Assembly: GCA_963677895.2 (NCBI GenBank) | Contig: CAXXGJ010000018.1 | Span: forward strand, 64,001 to 128,000 | DNA from: Treponemataceae bacterium | Lineage (GTDB): Bacteria; Spirochaetota; Spirochaetia; Treponematales; Rectinemataceae | Length of the DNA stretch: 64,000 bases | Direction of reading: 5' to 3' | Notes under the pieces: generated by a model | The model's database searches: none | What the model was told of the DNA's origin: nothing | Seen by the model: the letters and a program-made list of their open reading frames with translations, nothing else | In this document: positions 37,480 through 47,500 of the stretch, in pieces | Layout: each line of letters begins with the position of its first letter | Numbering within the stretch: the first letter of the stretch is position 1 | Translations under genes and position numbers: made by a program

Positions 37480-39507
37480 TTACCTGTTGGACTTAGGCTG
37501 AAAGTGGCTGAACTCCATCGAGAAGGAAGCCCTGCCCTGGCTCACCGAACGCAGGGAAGTCGTGAAGCCGAACATGGTGGAGAGCGGGGCTTCCACATGC
37601 ACGACCTCGATCAGCGCCTTCGAATCCGAACCATGGATCAGGCCGCCTCGCTGGGATACGAGGCTCATCACCTCTCCCACGAAATCCTTCGGCGTGGAAA
37701 TATCCACTTTCATGATGGGTTCGAGGAGAACGGGGCTCGCGGTGCGGCATGCCGAATCGTAGGCCATGTTGGCGCAGGCCTCGAAGGCGAACACGCTGGA
37801 CGTGAGTTCGTCGTAGTGAATGTCCACAAGGTTGATGCCGATGTCGACGGCCGGGTAGCCGAACTGGATGCCCGACGCGAAAGCCGAAGTGATGCCGCGT
37901 TCGATAGCGTCGAATATTTCCTCCGGCACCTGCGGCGCGCGTACGGCTTTTTTGTATACGTTGCCGGTGCCGCGGGGGAGGGGAATCGCCTCGATCGTTA
38001 GCTTGGCGGTGTTTTCCTTGCCGGCGAGAACCCGGTTGAACTCCTCTGTATGCCGCACTTCCTTCGTGATGGATTCGCGATAGGTCACCTGCGGATTTCC
38101 GACCCGCGCCTGAACCTTGAAATCGCGAAGCATTCGCGTCACGAGGACATCGATATGGAGTTCGCCCATGCCCGAGATGACGAGCTGCCCGGTCTCTTCG
38201 TTGTCCCTCGTGGTAAAGGTGGGGTCTTCGCGCGACAGGATGTCGAGGGTTTCCTTGAGTTTCTCCCTGTCCGAGAGGGTCTTGGGCTCGATGGACACCG
38301 ATATGACCGGTTCGGGGAAATGCATGCGTTCCAGCAGCACCGGCCAGCCTTCGGTGCCTATCGTATCGCCGGTCTGGGCTGTCTTGAGCCCCACGATGAC
38401 CGCGATGTCGCCCGCGCCGGCTGTCTCGAGAGGTTCGCTCTTGTTGGCGTGCATCCTGAGGAGGCGGGTGATGCGTTCCCGCTTTTTCTTCGAAACGTTG
38501 TAAACGACGCTGGCGTTATGGATGCTTCCGGAGTACATGCGCACATAGCACAAGGGGCCCGCTTCCCTGTCCCATTGCACCTTGAACACGAGGCCGAGGG
38601 GGTAGCCCGACAGCTTGCAGGGCACTTCTATCTCTTCTTCCTTCTTCGCGTGGATGGCCTTTACGGGTTCTACTTCATCGGGCGCGGGAAGATAATCGAC
38701 GACGGCGTCGAGAAGAGGCTGCACGCCGATATCCCGCCGTGAGGCTCCGCAGAGCACGGGCACGAGGATTCTGGCGATGCATACCTTTCGCAGTTCGGAC
38801 CTTATAAGTTCGGCGGGGATGTCCTCGCCGTTGAGGTACAGTTCGGTGATCGCGTCGGAATGCGAGGAGAGAGCGTCGAGGAGAGTGTCCCTTCGTGCCA
38901 GCGCGTCAGCTTTCCTTTCGTCGGCGATAGGAGTCACCGTCATTTCGTTGCCGTCGCCGCTCCAGCGGATTTCCCGCATGGCGATGAGGTCGATGACGCC
39001 TTCGAAACTGGCCGAAGCGCCGATGGGGACGTTGATGGCGACGGGCGAAGCGCCCAGTTTCGCCCTCATGTCCGCGAGGACAGCGTCGAAATCGGCGCCG
39101 AGCCTGTCCATTTTATTGACATAAGCGATGCGGGGAACTTTATACTTGTCGGCTTGATGCCAGACTGTTTCAGACTGGGGTTCGACGCCGCCTACCGCGC
39201 AGAATACCGCCACGGCTCCGTCCAGCACGCGGAGGGAGCGTTCCACTTCGGCCGTGAAATCCACATGTCCCGGCGTGTCGATGATATTGATCTGATGATC
39301 CCGCCAGAAGGTGGTCGTGGCGGCGCTCTGTATCGTTATGCCGCGTTCCTGTTCCTGATCCATCCAGTCCATCGTGGCTTCGCCGTCGTCCACCTCGCCA
39401 ATCTTGTAGGTTTTTCCGGAAAAGTAGAGTATGCGTTCCGTCGTCGTGGTTTTGCCGGCATCAATATGAGCCATGATCCCTATATTTCGTATTGTGCGAA
39501 GTTCCAT
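37480..39507 (-). CDS. fusA: Elongation factor G, stand-alone EF-G2 (ribosome-recycling type)
   Basis: AHIDAGKTT, RGITI, DTPGH, NKMD, GMGELH; domain IV loops divergent; not in an rpsL-rpsG context. Confidence 0.92.
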   Translation of the reverse strand: MELRTIRNIGIMAHIDAGKTTTTERILYFSGKTYKIGEVDDGEATMDWMDQEQERGITIQSAATTTFWRDHQINIIDTPGHVDFTAEVERSLRVLDGAVAVFCAVGGVEPQSETVWHQADKYKVPRIAYVNKMDRLGADFDAVLADMRAKLGASPVAINVPIGASASFEGVIDLIAMREIRWSGDGNEMTVTPIADERKADALARRDTLLDALSSHSDAITELYLNGEDIPAELIRSELRKVCIARILVPVLCGASRRDIGVQPLLDAVVDYLPAPDEVEPVKAIHAKKEEEIEVPCKLSGYPLGLVFKVQWDREAGPLCYVRMYSGSIHNASVVYNVSKKKRERITRLLRMHANKSEPLETAGAGDIAVIVGLKTAQTGDTIGTEGWPVLLERMHFPEPVISVSIEPKTLSDREKLKETLDILSREDPTFTTRDNEETGQLVISGMGELHIDVLVTRMLRDFKVQARVGNPQVTYRESITKEVRHTEEFNRVLAGKENTAKLTIEAIPLPRGTGNVYKKAVRAPQVPEEIFDAIERGITSAFASGIQFGYPAVDIGINLVDIHYDELTSSVFAFEACANMAYDSACRTASPVLLEPIMKVDISTPKDFVGEVMSLVSQRGGLIHGSDSKALIEVVHVEAPLSTMFGFTTSLRSVSQGRASFSMEFSHFQPKSNR

Positions 39508-39658
39508 CGAATGCTCCGAGGCGCAGGATAGTATCAAATGACAATATATACAAAAACGGCAACGGTTTTCAACCCGAGAAGGAGGCAGCGCACTATGTAG
39601 GTAGATATATTCCGCAGCCATCTTGAAATAGAAGGTCTTTACATCCTATAACATTATT

Positions 39659-41740
39659 GTGAAAAGAGTAGAATTACTTGCGCCGGCCGGTTCGCCGGAA
39701 GCGCTTAATGCGGCCCTCGGCGAGGGCGCGGATGCGGTGTACCTTGGCCTTCGCTCGTTCAATGCCAGAATGCGCTCGGCAAATTTCGCCTTCAATCAAT
39801 TCGAGGCGAGTCTGCAAGTCATCCATGAGCATGGCAAAAAGGTATATGTAACAGTCAATACGGTCTTCGAGGAGAGGGAAACTGATAGAGTGTATCAGTT
39901 GCTTCAATTTCTCAACAGACTCAAACCCGACGGCATAATCGTCCAGGACCTGGGCGTGCTCAAGATGGCGAGGGACAATTTCCCCTCGCTGGACCTCCAT
40001 GCCTCCACGCAGATGAACGTGGCCTCCTCGCGCGGCTGTCACTTTCTTTCGCGTCAGGGCTTCAAGCGCGCTGTCCTCGCCAGGGAACTCACGCTCGAGG
40101 AAATCCGGACGGTCCGGCAGAGCACTCCTCTCGAGCTGGAAGTCTTCGTGCATGGCGCGCTCTGCGTGTCGGCATCGGGCGTCTGCCTCTTTTCATCCTA
40201 TCTGGGGGGAAAGAGCGCCAACAGGGGAGCCTGCACCCAGGCCTGCAGGCGGCTCTACGAGTCCGAGACGAAGAAAGCCTTTTTCTTCTCGCCCGACGAT
40301 CTCCAGCTCATAGATTATGTGCCGGACCTTATCGACATGGGCATAGACTCCTTCAAGATAGAAGGCAGGATGAAATCCGCCGAATATGTCGGCACCGTAG
40401 TCGCGGCCTATCGACACCTCATCGACAACTGCCAGTCCGACCGCGAAAGGGCCCTTGCCAAGGCAAAAGCCATGCTTCAGGCGGATTTCGCGCGCAGGAA
40501 GACGACTTTCTTCGTCGGCAGCGACAATCCAGAATTTATCCATCCCGACCAGGCCGGCGGAACCGGCATCCATCTCGGCAAGGTAAAGGACATAAGGGCT
40601 ATCGACGAGGAACATTGGGCGGTGATGAACAGCTTCGACGGGCTCGCTGAAGGCGACTCCGTCCGAATCCATCGAGCCGACGATTCGGGCAGGATCACGG
40701 CCAAAATCAGGGGCGTGAAGAGCCAGGTAAACGGCATGCTTCTCAAGATCGACGGCGATTGGCGCCAGAATGACGATATATACCTGATTCAGACCGCTTC
40801 GATGGCCAGAAGATACAAGAACGTTCTGCCCCATAGCCTGGACCGATACAGGGCCTTCCCCTCGAGGGATGAGGCTCCCCGACCTCAGTTCGCCATGCCT
40901 CCGAAGAAAGACACTTCCTCGCTTCCGGCCGGATACTACGCGCTGGTGGGCAAGGTAGCCGACCTGCACGCGGTGCTTGCCGCCGCGCCGCAGAAGGCCA
41001 TGATCGTCTTCGACAAGCTCAACGCTGAATCCATGCGGAAGAACGAATCCACCATTCCCTACAAGAGGGACCGGCTGGTCCTCTGGCTCGACCCTTATTA
41101 CCCCGAGAGCGATGTCGCGTGGCTGGAGCCGGAACTCGACTACTGGATTTCCAAGGGCGTTCGCTACATCGTGGCCAACAACCTCGGCCACCTGGGCTAT
41201 CTTCGCGGAAAAGACCTGGATGTCATCGCTGGACCCTGGCTCTATGCCTTCAATCTTTGGGCCGCGGGATTCCTCTTCGACCAGGGCGTCCGCTACCTGA
41301 TTCCGCCGATGGAAATCTCCAAACAGAATTTCATGCGAATCGCAGAGAGCGTTCCGCCTTCGGCGATGATGCCCATCACCTTCTCCTATCCTCAGCTTTT
41401 CAGGATTAGAGGGGATCTCAGCGCGAAATATGACTCTTCCCACTTCCTCGACAGGGACGGCGCTTCGTATACGATGAACGGCCGCAGGGATTACACGGTT
41501 GTAGTGCCGGACAGGCCCTTCTCAATCATCGACAGGACAGCTTTCCTCCGAAAAGAGCATATCGATAAGTTCATTCTCGATCTTTCGAACGCGAATCCCG
41601 CGCGCGGCATGTTCAGGGATATCGCTAAGGCAGCCGCCGAGGGCAAAGTACTCCCCGACGCATCCCGTTTCAACTGGAAAGATGGGTTCTACAACGAGGA
41701 TGAGACGCCGCAAGGCAAGTCGCCGCAGGAGAAAGCCTGA
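39659..41740 (+). CDS. U32-family protein (RlhA/TrhP-like RNA hydroxylation protein)
   Basis: ELLAPAG, GADAVYLG, HASTQ, HGALCVSASGVC...NRGACTQACR Cys cluster, KIEGRMK. Confidence 0.88.
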   Translation: MKRVELLAPAGSPEALNAALGEGADAVYLGLRSFNARMRSANFAFNQFEASLQVIHEHGKKVYVTVNTVFEERETDRVYQLLQFLNRLKPDGIIVQDLGVLKMARDNFPSLDLHASTQMNVASSRGCHFLSRQGFKRAVLARELTLEEIRTVRQSTPLELEVFVHGALCVSASGVCLFSSYLGGKSANRGACTQACRRLYESETKKAFFFSPDDLQLIDYVPDLIDMGIDSFKIEGRMKSAEYVGTVVAAYRHLIDNCQSDRERALAKAKAMLQADFARRKTTFFVGSDNPEFIHPDQAGGTGIHLGKVKDIRAIDEEHWAVMNSFDGLAEGDSVRIHRADDSGRITAKIRGVKSQVNGMLLKIDGDWRQNDDIYLIQTASMARRYKNVLPHSLDRYRAFPSRDEAPRPQFAMPPKKDTSSLPAGYYALVGKVADLHAVLAAAPQKAMIVFDKLNAESMRKNESTIPYKRDRLVLWLDPYYPESDVAWLEPELDYWISKGVRYIVANNLGHLGYLRGKDLDVIAGPWLYAFNLWAAGFLFDQGVRYLIPPMEISKQNFMRIAESVPPSAMMPITFSYPQLFRIRGDLSAKYDSSHFLDRDGASYTMNGRRDYTVVVPDRPFSIIDRTAFLRKEHIDKFILDLSNANPARGMFRDIAKAAAEGKVLPDASRFNWKDGFYNEDETPQGKSPQEKA

Positions 41741-41766
41741 TCGAGAATATCGGCATAAATTTCCGC

Positions 41767-41828
41767 TTGACGCCGATGCTACAGCGCTATATTCTTACTC
41801 AAATAATGAAACGCTGTTTTATTATTTG
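41767..41828 (+). promoter_or_regulatory. Promoter and palindromic operator upstream of the IclR gene
   Basis: TTGACG-17-TATTCT, then CAAATAATGAAAC-GCT-GTTTTATTATTTG (41800-41828). Confidence 0.7.
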
Positions 41829-41856
41829 GCTTTGATTGAAAGGATGTACAAAGACC

Positions 41857-42657
41857 ATGAGTGAATCGGCTGGAAAAGCGCTGGACATTCTCTTCTACCT
41901 CGCCAAGGTCGGCGGGGAAGTGAGTCTCGCACGCATGTCGAAAGAGACAGGGATGAACAAGGCCACGGCCCTGCGCTACCTCTCCGTCCTGGAATCCCGC
42001 GGCGTCGTTGAAAGACGGCCTGGCGGCTGGTCGCTCGGTCTATCCCTCTTTGAATTAGGCAGCAAGGTTCCCGTAAGGGCTCTCGTCGTTGAAAAAGTCC
42101 GTCCCATCATCGAACGCCTGGCCAGGGAATCGGGCGAATCGGTTAATCTCGCCTGTCTTGCGGGCGACAGCGCCATCTACCTGGACAGAGCGGAAGCGAA
42201 CCGCAGTCTCCGCATGCGTTCGGCTCCCGGAGATAGACTGCCGCTCTATTGTACCGGCGTGGGCAAGGCGATATTGTCCCAGCTTTCCGAGGATCGTATC
42301 CGCGCCCTTCTGGGATCCATGCCGCTTCCCAAGATCAACGATACGACCCTCACCGAACCCGAAGACGTGATACGGGAAGCGCAGAGAGCTCATGAGCAAG
42401 GCTATGGCGTGGACCGAGAGGAATATGAGATTGGCCTAACCTGCTACGCGATGCCCCTTCGCCTGCCCGGCTCGGATTTCGCCGGAGCCGTAAGCATTTC
42501 CGGCCCATCGGCACGCATGAGAAGCCCCGAATCCAGGGAGCACTTCCTGGAGCTGCTGAAAGCCGCGACCCAGGAAGCGCTTCAGGCGATAAGCCCCTAC
42601 AATCTCGTTCAGAATACGACAACTCTGCTGGAATCCTCCGCCTCTTCGGCTTCCTGA
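41857..42657 (+). CDS. IclR-family transcriptional regulator
   Basis: N-terminal HTH (MNKATALRYLSVL), GESVNLA, LYCTGVGKAIL, GYGVDREE, AVSISGP. Confidence 0.92.
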   Translation: MSESAGKALDILFYLAKVGGEVSLARMSKETGMNKATALRYLSVLESRGVVERRPGGWSLGLSLFELGSKVPVRALVVEKVRPIIERLARESGESVNLACLAGDSAIYLDRAEANRSLRMRSAPGDRLPLYCTGVGKAILSQLSEDRIRALLGSMPLPKINDTTLTEPEDVIREAQRAHEQGYGVDREEYEIGLTCYAMPLRLPGSDFAGAVSISGPSARMRSPESREHFLELLKAATQEALQAISPYNLVQNTTTLLESSASSAS

Positions 42658-43025
42658 GCCTGGGGAGGCATCGCCCCATCGTTTTTGTTCTCCGGCTTTA
42701 TGGTTTTGAACTCCACGTGCTCGGCGACGATTTTTACCTTCGCGCGCTGCTTTCCCTCGGGATCCACCCAGCGATCCTGCTTCAGCCTGCCCACTACCCG
42801 CACGCCCCTGCCTTTCTTCAGATTCTGGGCGCAGGCCGTGCCGAGGCGGGACCAGGCTTCGATGTCGAAGTAGGACACTTCCTTTTCGAATCCCTCCTCG
42901 CCGTTTTTATAGAAGCGATTGGTGGCGAGCGTGAAATCGCAGACCTGGCTGCCTGAAGGAAGCGTCTTCGTGTTCGGATCCTTGACGAGATTGCCTTCAA
43001 CCAAAATGCTATTGAGTGAATTCAT
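42609..43025 (-). CDS. ssb: Single-stranded DNA-binding protein
   Basis: LNSILVEGNLVKDP, LKKGRGVRVVGRLKQDRW; short acidic tail. Confidence 0.92.
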   Translation of the reverse strand: MNSLNSILVEGNLVKDPNTKTLPSGSQVCDFTLATNRFYKNGEEGFEKEVSYFDIEAWSRLGTACAQNLKKGRGVRVVGRLKQDRWVDPEGKQRAKVKIVAEHVEFKTIKPENKNDGAMPPQAQEAEEAEDSSRVVVF

Positions 43026-43168
43026 GAACCCTCCTTATAATCCTTGGAGCAAGACCGCACCGCGGCTGCGGCTGAACCCCCTTGCATAAATGAGACGTCC
43101 AAGGCCGCCGTTTTCGATTCAAGAATTCGAGTATTTGCAGTAATTCCCAATTCTGTTATAGTCAGGCA

Positions 43169-44566
43169 ATGACAGACTATTCCGGATATCTTTCTCCCTT
43201 TTCCTGGCGTTACGGGACGGCCGAAATGCGTCGCCTCTGGAGCGAAGTGCACAAACGCGAGCTCTGGCGCGGCATCTGGGTAAGCCTGGCTGAGGTGGAA
43301 TCGGTCTACGGGCTGACAACAGCCGAGCAAGTGGCCGAACTGAAGACCCACGCGCGCGACATCGATATCGAGCGATCCCTCGCGATAGAGGCCGAAATAC
43401 GGCACGACCTCATGGCCGAAATCAAAGCCTTCGCCGAACAATGCCCCAAAGCCGGCGGAGTCATCCATCTCGGGGCGACGTCGATGGATATCGAGGATAA
43501 CGCGGATGCCCTGCGCATACGCGAGTCCCTGGTCCTCGTGCGCGCCAGGCTGGCCGAACTTCTGTCGATAATGGCCGAGACGATAAAGCGACACGCCAGA
43601 TTGCCGGTCATGGCTTTTACGCATCTCCAGCCGGCCGAGCCGACGACCTTCGGCTATCGCTGCGCCGTCTGGGCCCAGGACCTGCTCAGCGCCTATGCCG
43701 ACCTCACCGACCTGCAGGCATCCATCAGAGGCAAAGGCTTCAAGGGCGCCGTGGGCACTTCGGCTTCGTATGGCGAACTTGTGGGCAAAAAAAACCTCCC
43801 CGCCTTCGAAGCTTCGCTCGAGAAAGAGCTGGGTATAGCTTTCTATCCTGTGACGACTCAGACATGCAGCAGGCTCCAGGAATACAAGACGCTCTCCGTG
43901 CTCGCGGAGCTGGGAGCGGCCCTCCATAAGATGGCCTTCGATCTCAGGGTTCTGCAGTCTCCCCCCATCGGGGAAGTGTCCGAGCCTTTCGCGAAAAGCC
44001 AGGTAGGCTCGTCGGCCATGCCCTTCAAACGCAATCCCATCGATGCCGAAAAAATCGATTCCCTGTCGAGGCTTCTCTCCAGCTATCCCCAGGTGGCCTG
44101 GAGCAACGCGTCCCTTTCCCTCCTCGAAAGAACGTTGGACGATTCCGCGAACAGGCGGACGATCCTTCCCGAAGCCTTCCTCGTCAGCGACGAGCTGCTG
44201 AAGACGGCCAAGAAGATCATGGGCGGCTTCGTGCTCGACGAAAGCGCGATACGGCGGACCTTTGAGCGCTACGCTCCCTTCGCCTGCACCGAGCGGGTCC
44301 TCATGGCGATGGCGAAAACCGGGGCAGACCGACAGGAGACGCATGAGCGGCTGCGCCGCCATGCCCTCGCCGCGTGGGCCGAAATCAAGGAAGGGAAAGA
44401 AAATACCTTGACGGCGGCGATCTCCGCCGACGAATTTTTCAAGAGCCAGCTGAACGACGAAGAGCTATCTTCCCTGATGAATATCGATGACTATCTGGGC
44501 GACTCGATGGAAAGGGCCGAAAAATTTGCCGACACGATCAAAGAGAAGATAGCGGTACTTGACTAA
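43169..44566 (+). CDS. purB: Adenylosuccinate lyase
   Basis: RHDLMA, IHLGATS, FTHLQPA, GSSAMPFKRNP, ERTLDDSANRR. Confidence 0.95.
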   Translation: MTDYSGYLSPFSWRYGTAEMRRLWSEVHKRELWRGIWVSLAEVESVYGLTTAEQVAELKTHARDIDIERSLAIEAEIRHDLMAEIKAFAEQCPKAGGVIHLGATSMDIEDNADALRIRESLVLVRARLAELLSIMAETIKRHARLPVMAFTHLQPAEPTTFGYRCAVWAQDLLSAYADLTDLQASIRGKGFKGAVGTSASYGELVGKKNLPAFEASLEKELGIAFYPVTTQTCSRLQEYKTLSVLAELGAALHKMAFDLRVLQSPPIGEVSEPFAKSQVGSSAMPFKRNPIDAEKIDSLSRLLSSYPQVAWSNASLSLLERTLDDSANRRTILPEAFLVSDELLKTAKKIMGGFVLDESAIRRTFERYAPFACTERVLMAMAKTGADRQETHERLRRHALAAWAEIKEGKENTLTAAISADEFFKSQLNDEELSSLMNIDDYLGDSMERAEKFADTIKEKIAVLD

Positions 44567-44593
44567 ATTTTACCCTCGATGGTATTAATTTCT

Positions 44594-47500
44594 ATGGGTA
44601 ATCAATTTCCAGTTTATCGCTTTACGATACGAGAATTGCATCCGGGGGCTCGATCCTCGGCTGTAATCGTGCGCGGTGCGCAGCGGTTGGGCCTTCAAAA
44701 GGTCAGCGCCGTACTGCGCTCGGAAATTTACTTTGTGCGTGGGAAAATAGCGCCCGAGGAGCTCGATCTCCTCGGGCGTTTTCTTTTTTCGGACCCCGTT
44801 ACCCAGGATTTTCATGTGGAAACCTGCCCGGTTTCCAAAGGCGGCGCAAAAAACGCGATCGAGGTCGCCTACCATCCTGGCGTGACCGATCCCGTAGCCG
44901 ACGAGATCCTGCGTTCGGCGCGCGAATTGGGCATTTCGGGCATCGACGCCGCGTCCACGGGGCAGCGTTTCGAGATCGCCTGTACTGACGGCGGCGCGCT
45001 GAATGAGGCGGAGCTGGGGCTTCTGGCATCGAAACTCCTCGCCAATCCTGTCGTGCAGCGCTACGCCATAGGCTTCGTGGAACCATCCTTCCCCGGTTTG
45101 GACGAAACGAGAATCGCCGTCGAGAAGATCCCCGTTCATAGGCTCGACGACGATGGGCTCGCGGCGCTCAATGAGGAACGAAGGGCCGCTCTCGATTTCG
45201 GGGAACTCGCGGCCATCCGCGATTACTTCGCCGCCGAGGGAAGAGCCTGCACCGATGTCGAATTCGAGATGCTCGCCCAGACATGGAGCGAACACTGCTT
45301 CCATAAAACCTTCAAGGCTGTCATCGACGTCGAAAACGGCGAAAAGGCCGGCCTTCCCGAACGCGTGGACAACATACTTCGTTCCTATATAAAGGCCGCA
45401 ACCGATGAGATCGCCGCTCCCTGGATCGTTTCCGCGTTCAAGGACAACGCGGGCATCATGGAATTCGACGATGAGTACGATATCTCCTTCAAGGTCGAAA
45501 CGCATAACCATCCCTCCGCCATTGAACCCTTCGGCGGCGCGAACACGGGCGTCGGCGGCGTCATCCGCGACGTTGTGGCGGTATCGGCCAGGCCCATCGC
45601 GGTCACGGACATACTTTGTTTCGGAATGCCCGACCTGGGTAAAGGGAAGGGCAGGGGCGGACCTGTCGCGGGCGGCCAGGTCGCGGGCGGCCTTTCGGTC
45701 GACCATATCCGGACCGGGGTCGTGGCCGGCGTCCAGGACTACGGCAATAAAATGGGCATCCCGACGGTGAACGGCGGAATCCATTATCACGCGAAATACG
45801 CCGCCAATCCCCTCGTCTACTGCGGCTGCGCCGGTATAGCGCCCAAAGGCGCCTTCTTCTCCAAACCCCGCGTGGGCGACCGGATAGTGTCGCTCGGCGG
45901 CAGGACGGGACGCGACGGCATCCGCGGCGCCACCTTCTCATCGATGACGATGGACGGCGCTACGCTCGACACGGCGGGATCCTCGGTGCAAATAGGCGCG
46001 CCGATCGTCGAGAAAAAAGTCACCGAAATCATACTGGCCGCGCGCGACGCCGGACTCTATACGGGCATCACCGATTGCGGCGCCGGCGGGCTCTCCTCGG
46101 CCGTCGGCGAGATGGCCTCGGAATTGGGCGGCGACATAGAATTATCGGAAGTCCGCCTCAAGTATTCGGGCCTGGCCCCCTGGGAAATCTGGCTCTCCGA
46201 AGCGCAGGAAAGGATGGTGATCGCCGTTCCCCCGGAAAACATGAAGGCGCTCGCCGCCTTATGCGACAACAACGATGTCGAATACTGCGACCTGGGACAT
46301 TTCACCGGGGACGGGCGGCTTGTCGTGCATTACCGAGGCGAACCGATCCTCGACCTGGACTGCGAATTCCTGCACGGCGGCATGCCGCGAAGGCGACTGA
46401 CCGCGTCGGCTCCGAAAGCAACGGCGCCAAAAGCCCCCGCGCCAACGGGAAATTCCTCCTCCACGCCTCCGCTCGAAACGCTCTACGCGGAGGTGATGGC
46501 CCACCATGCCATAGCCTCCAAGGAATGGGCGATCAGGCGTTACGACCATGAGGTACAGGGAGGGACGAAAATCGGCCCCTTCGCGGGAATGATGCAGTCC
46601 GGCCCCGCCGACGCCGCCGTCATCAAGCCCCTTGAGACGAAAGGAAGAAAAGGCATCGCGATATCCAACGGCTTCAATCCGCGCTACGGGGAGGCCGATT
46701 CGTACAACGCGGCCGCTTCCGCCATCGATGAGGCGGTGAGAAACGCCGTGGCGTCAGGCGCCGATCCCGACAGGATCGCCATCGTGGATAATTTCTGCTG
46801 GGGCGATCCGCGGAAGCCGGAGAACGTCTGGACCCTCCTTCGAGCCGCCAAGGCCTGCCGCGATGTCTCGGTCGCGCACAGGGCGCCCTTCTTCTGCGGC
46901 AAGGACTCCTTCAACAATGAATTCGAAGGACCCGATGGATCGCGCATCGCCATCCCGCCCTCGCTCCTCATTTCCGCGATGGGAATCGTGCCGGACATCG
47001 CGCGCTCGCCCACCACCGACCTGAAATCCGGATCCGGAATCCTGTATCTGGTCGGCGAATTTTCGCCGGTATTCCCGGCCTCCGTGCTTCAGGACATTCT
47101 GTCCGGGCAGGAGGGGCAAGAAGAAGCCCTATCGGGCGAGATGAACTACGGCGGTTCAGGCCCCGCTTTTTCCGCCATATCCCCCAATGTCTACAGGAAA
47201 CTTCATTCGGCGATCCTGAAATCCCAGGTGCTTTCCTGCCACGATCTCTCCGAAGGCGGATTGGGCGCGGCGCTCGCGGAAATGTGCATGGGCGGCGGGC
47301 TGGGGGCCGATATCGACCTGAAGATCGTCGAGAAAGCGGCCTTCGCCCTGGCGGCAAGCGGCGAACCGAGGAACTGGCCTCATCCCGCGACGGGAAAGGA
47401 CGAACTCCTTCTCTTCGGGGAAACGAACGGCTGCTTTCTCGCGGAAATAGCTCCGGAGAAAACGACGGCTTTCGAGGCGTCGATGGCCGGTCTTCCCTGC

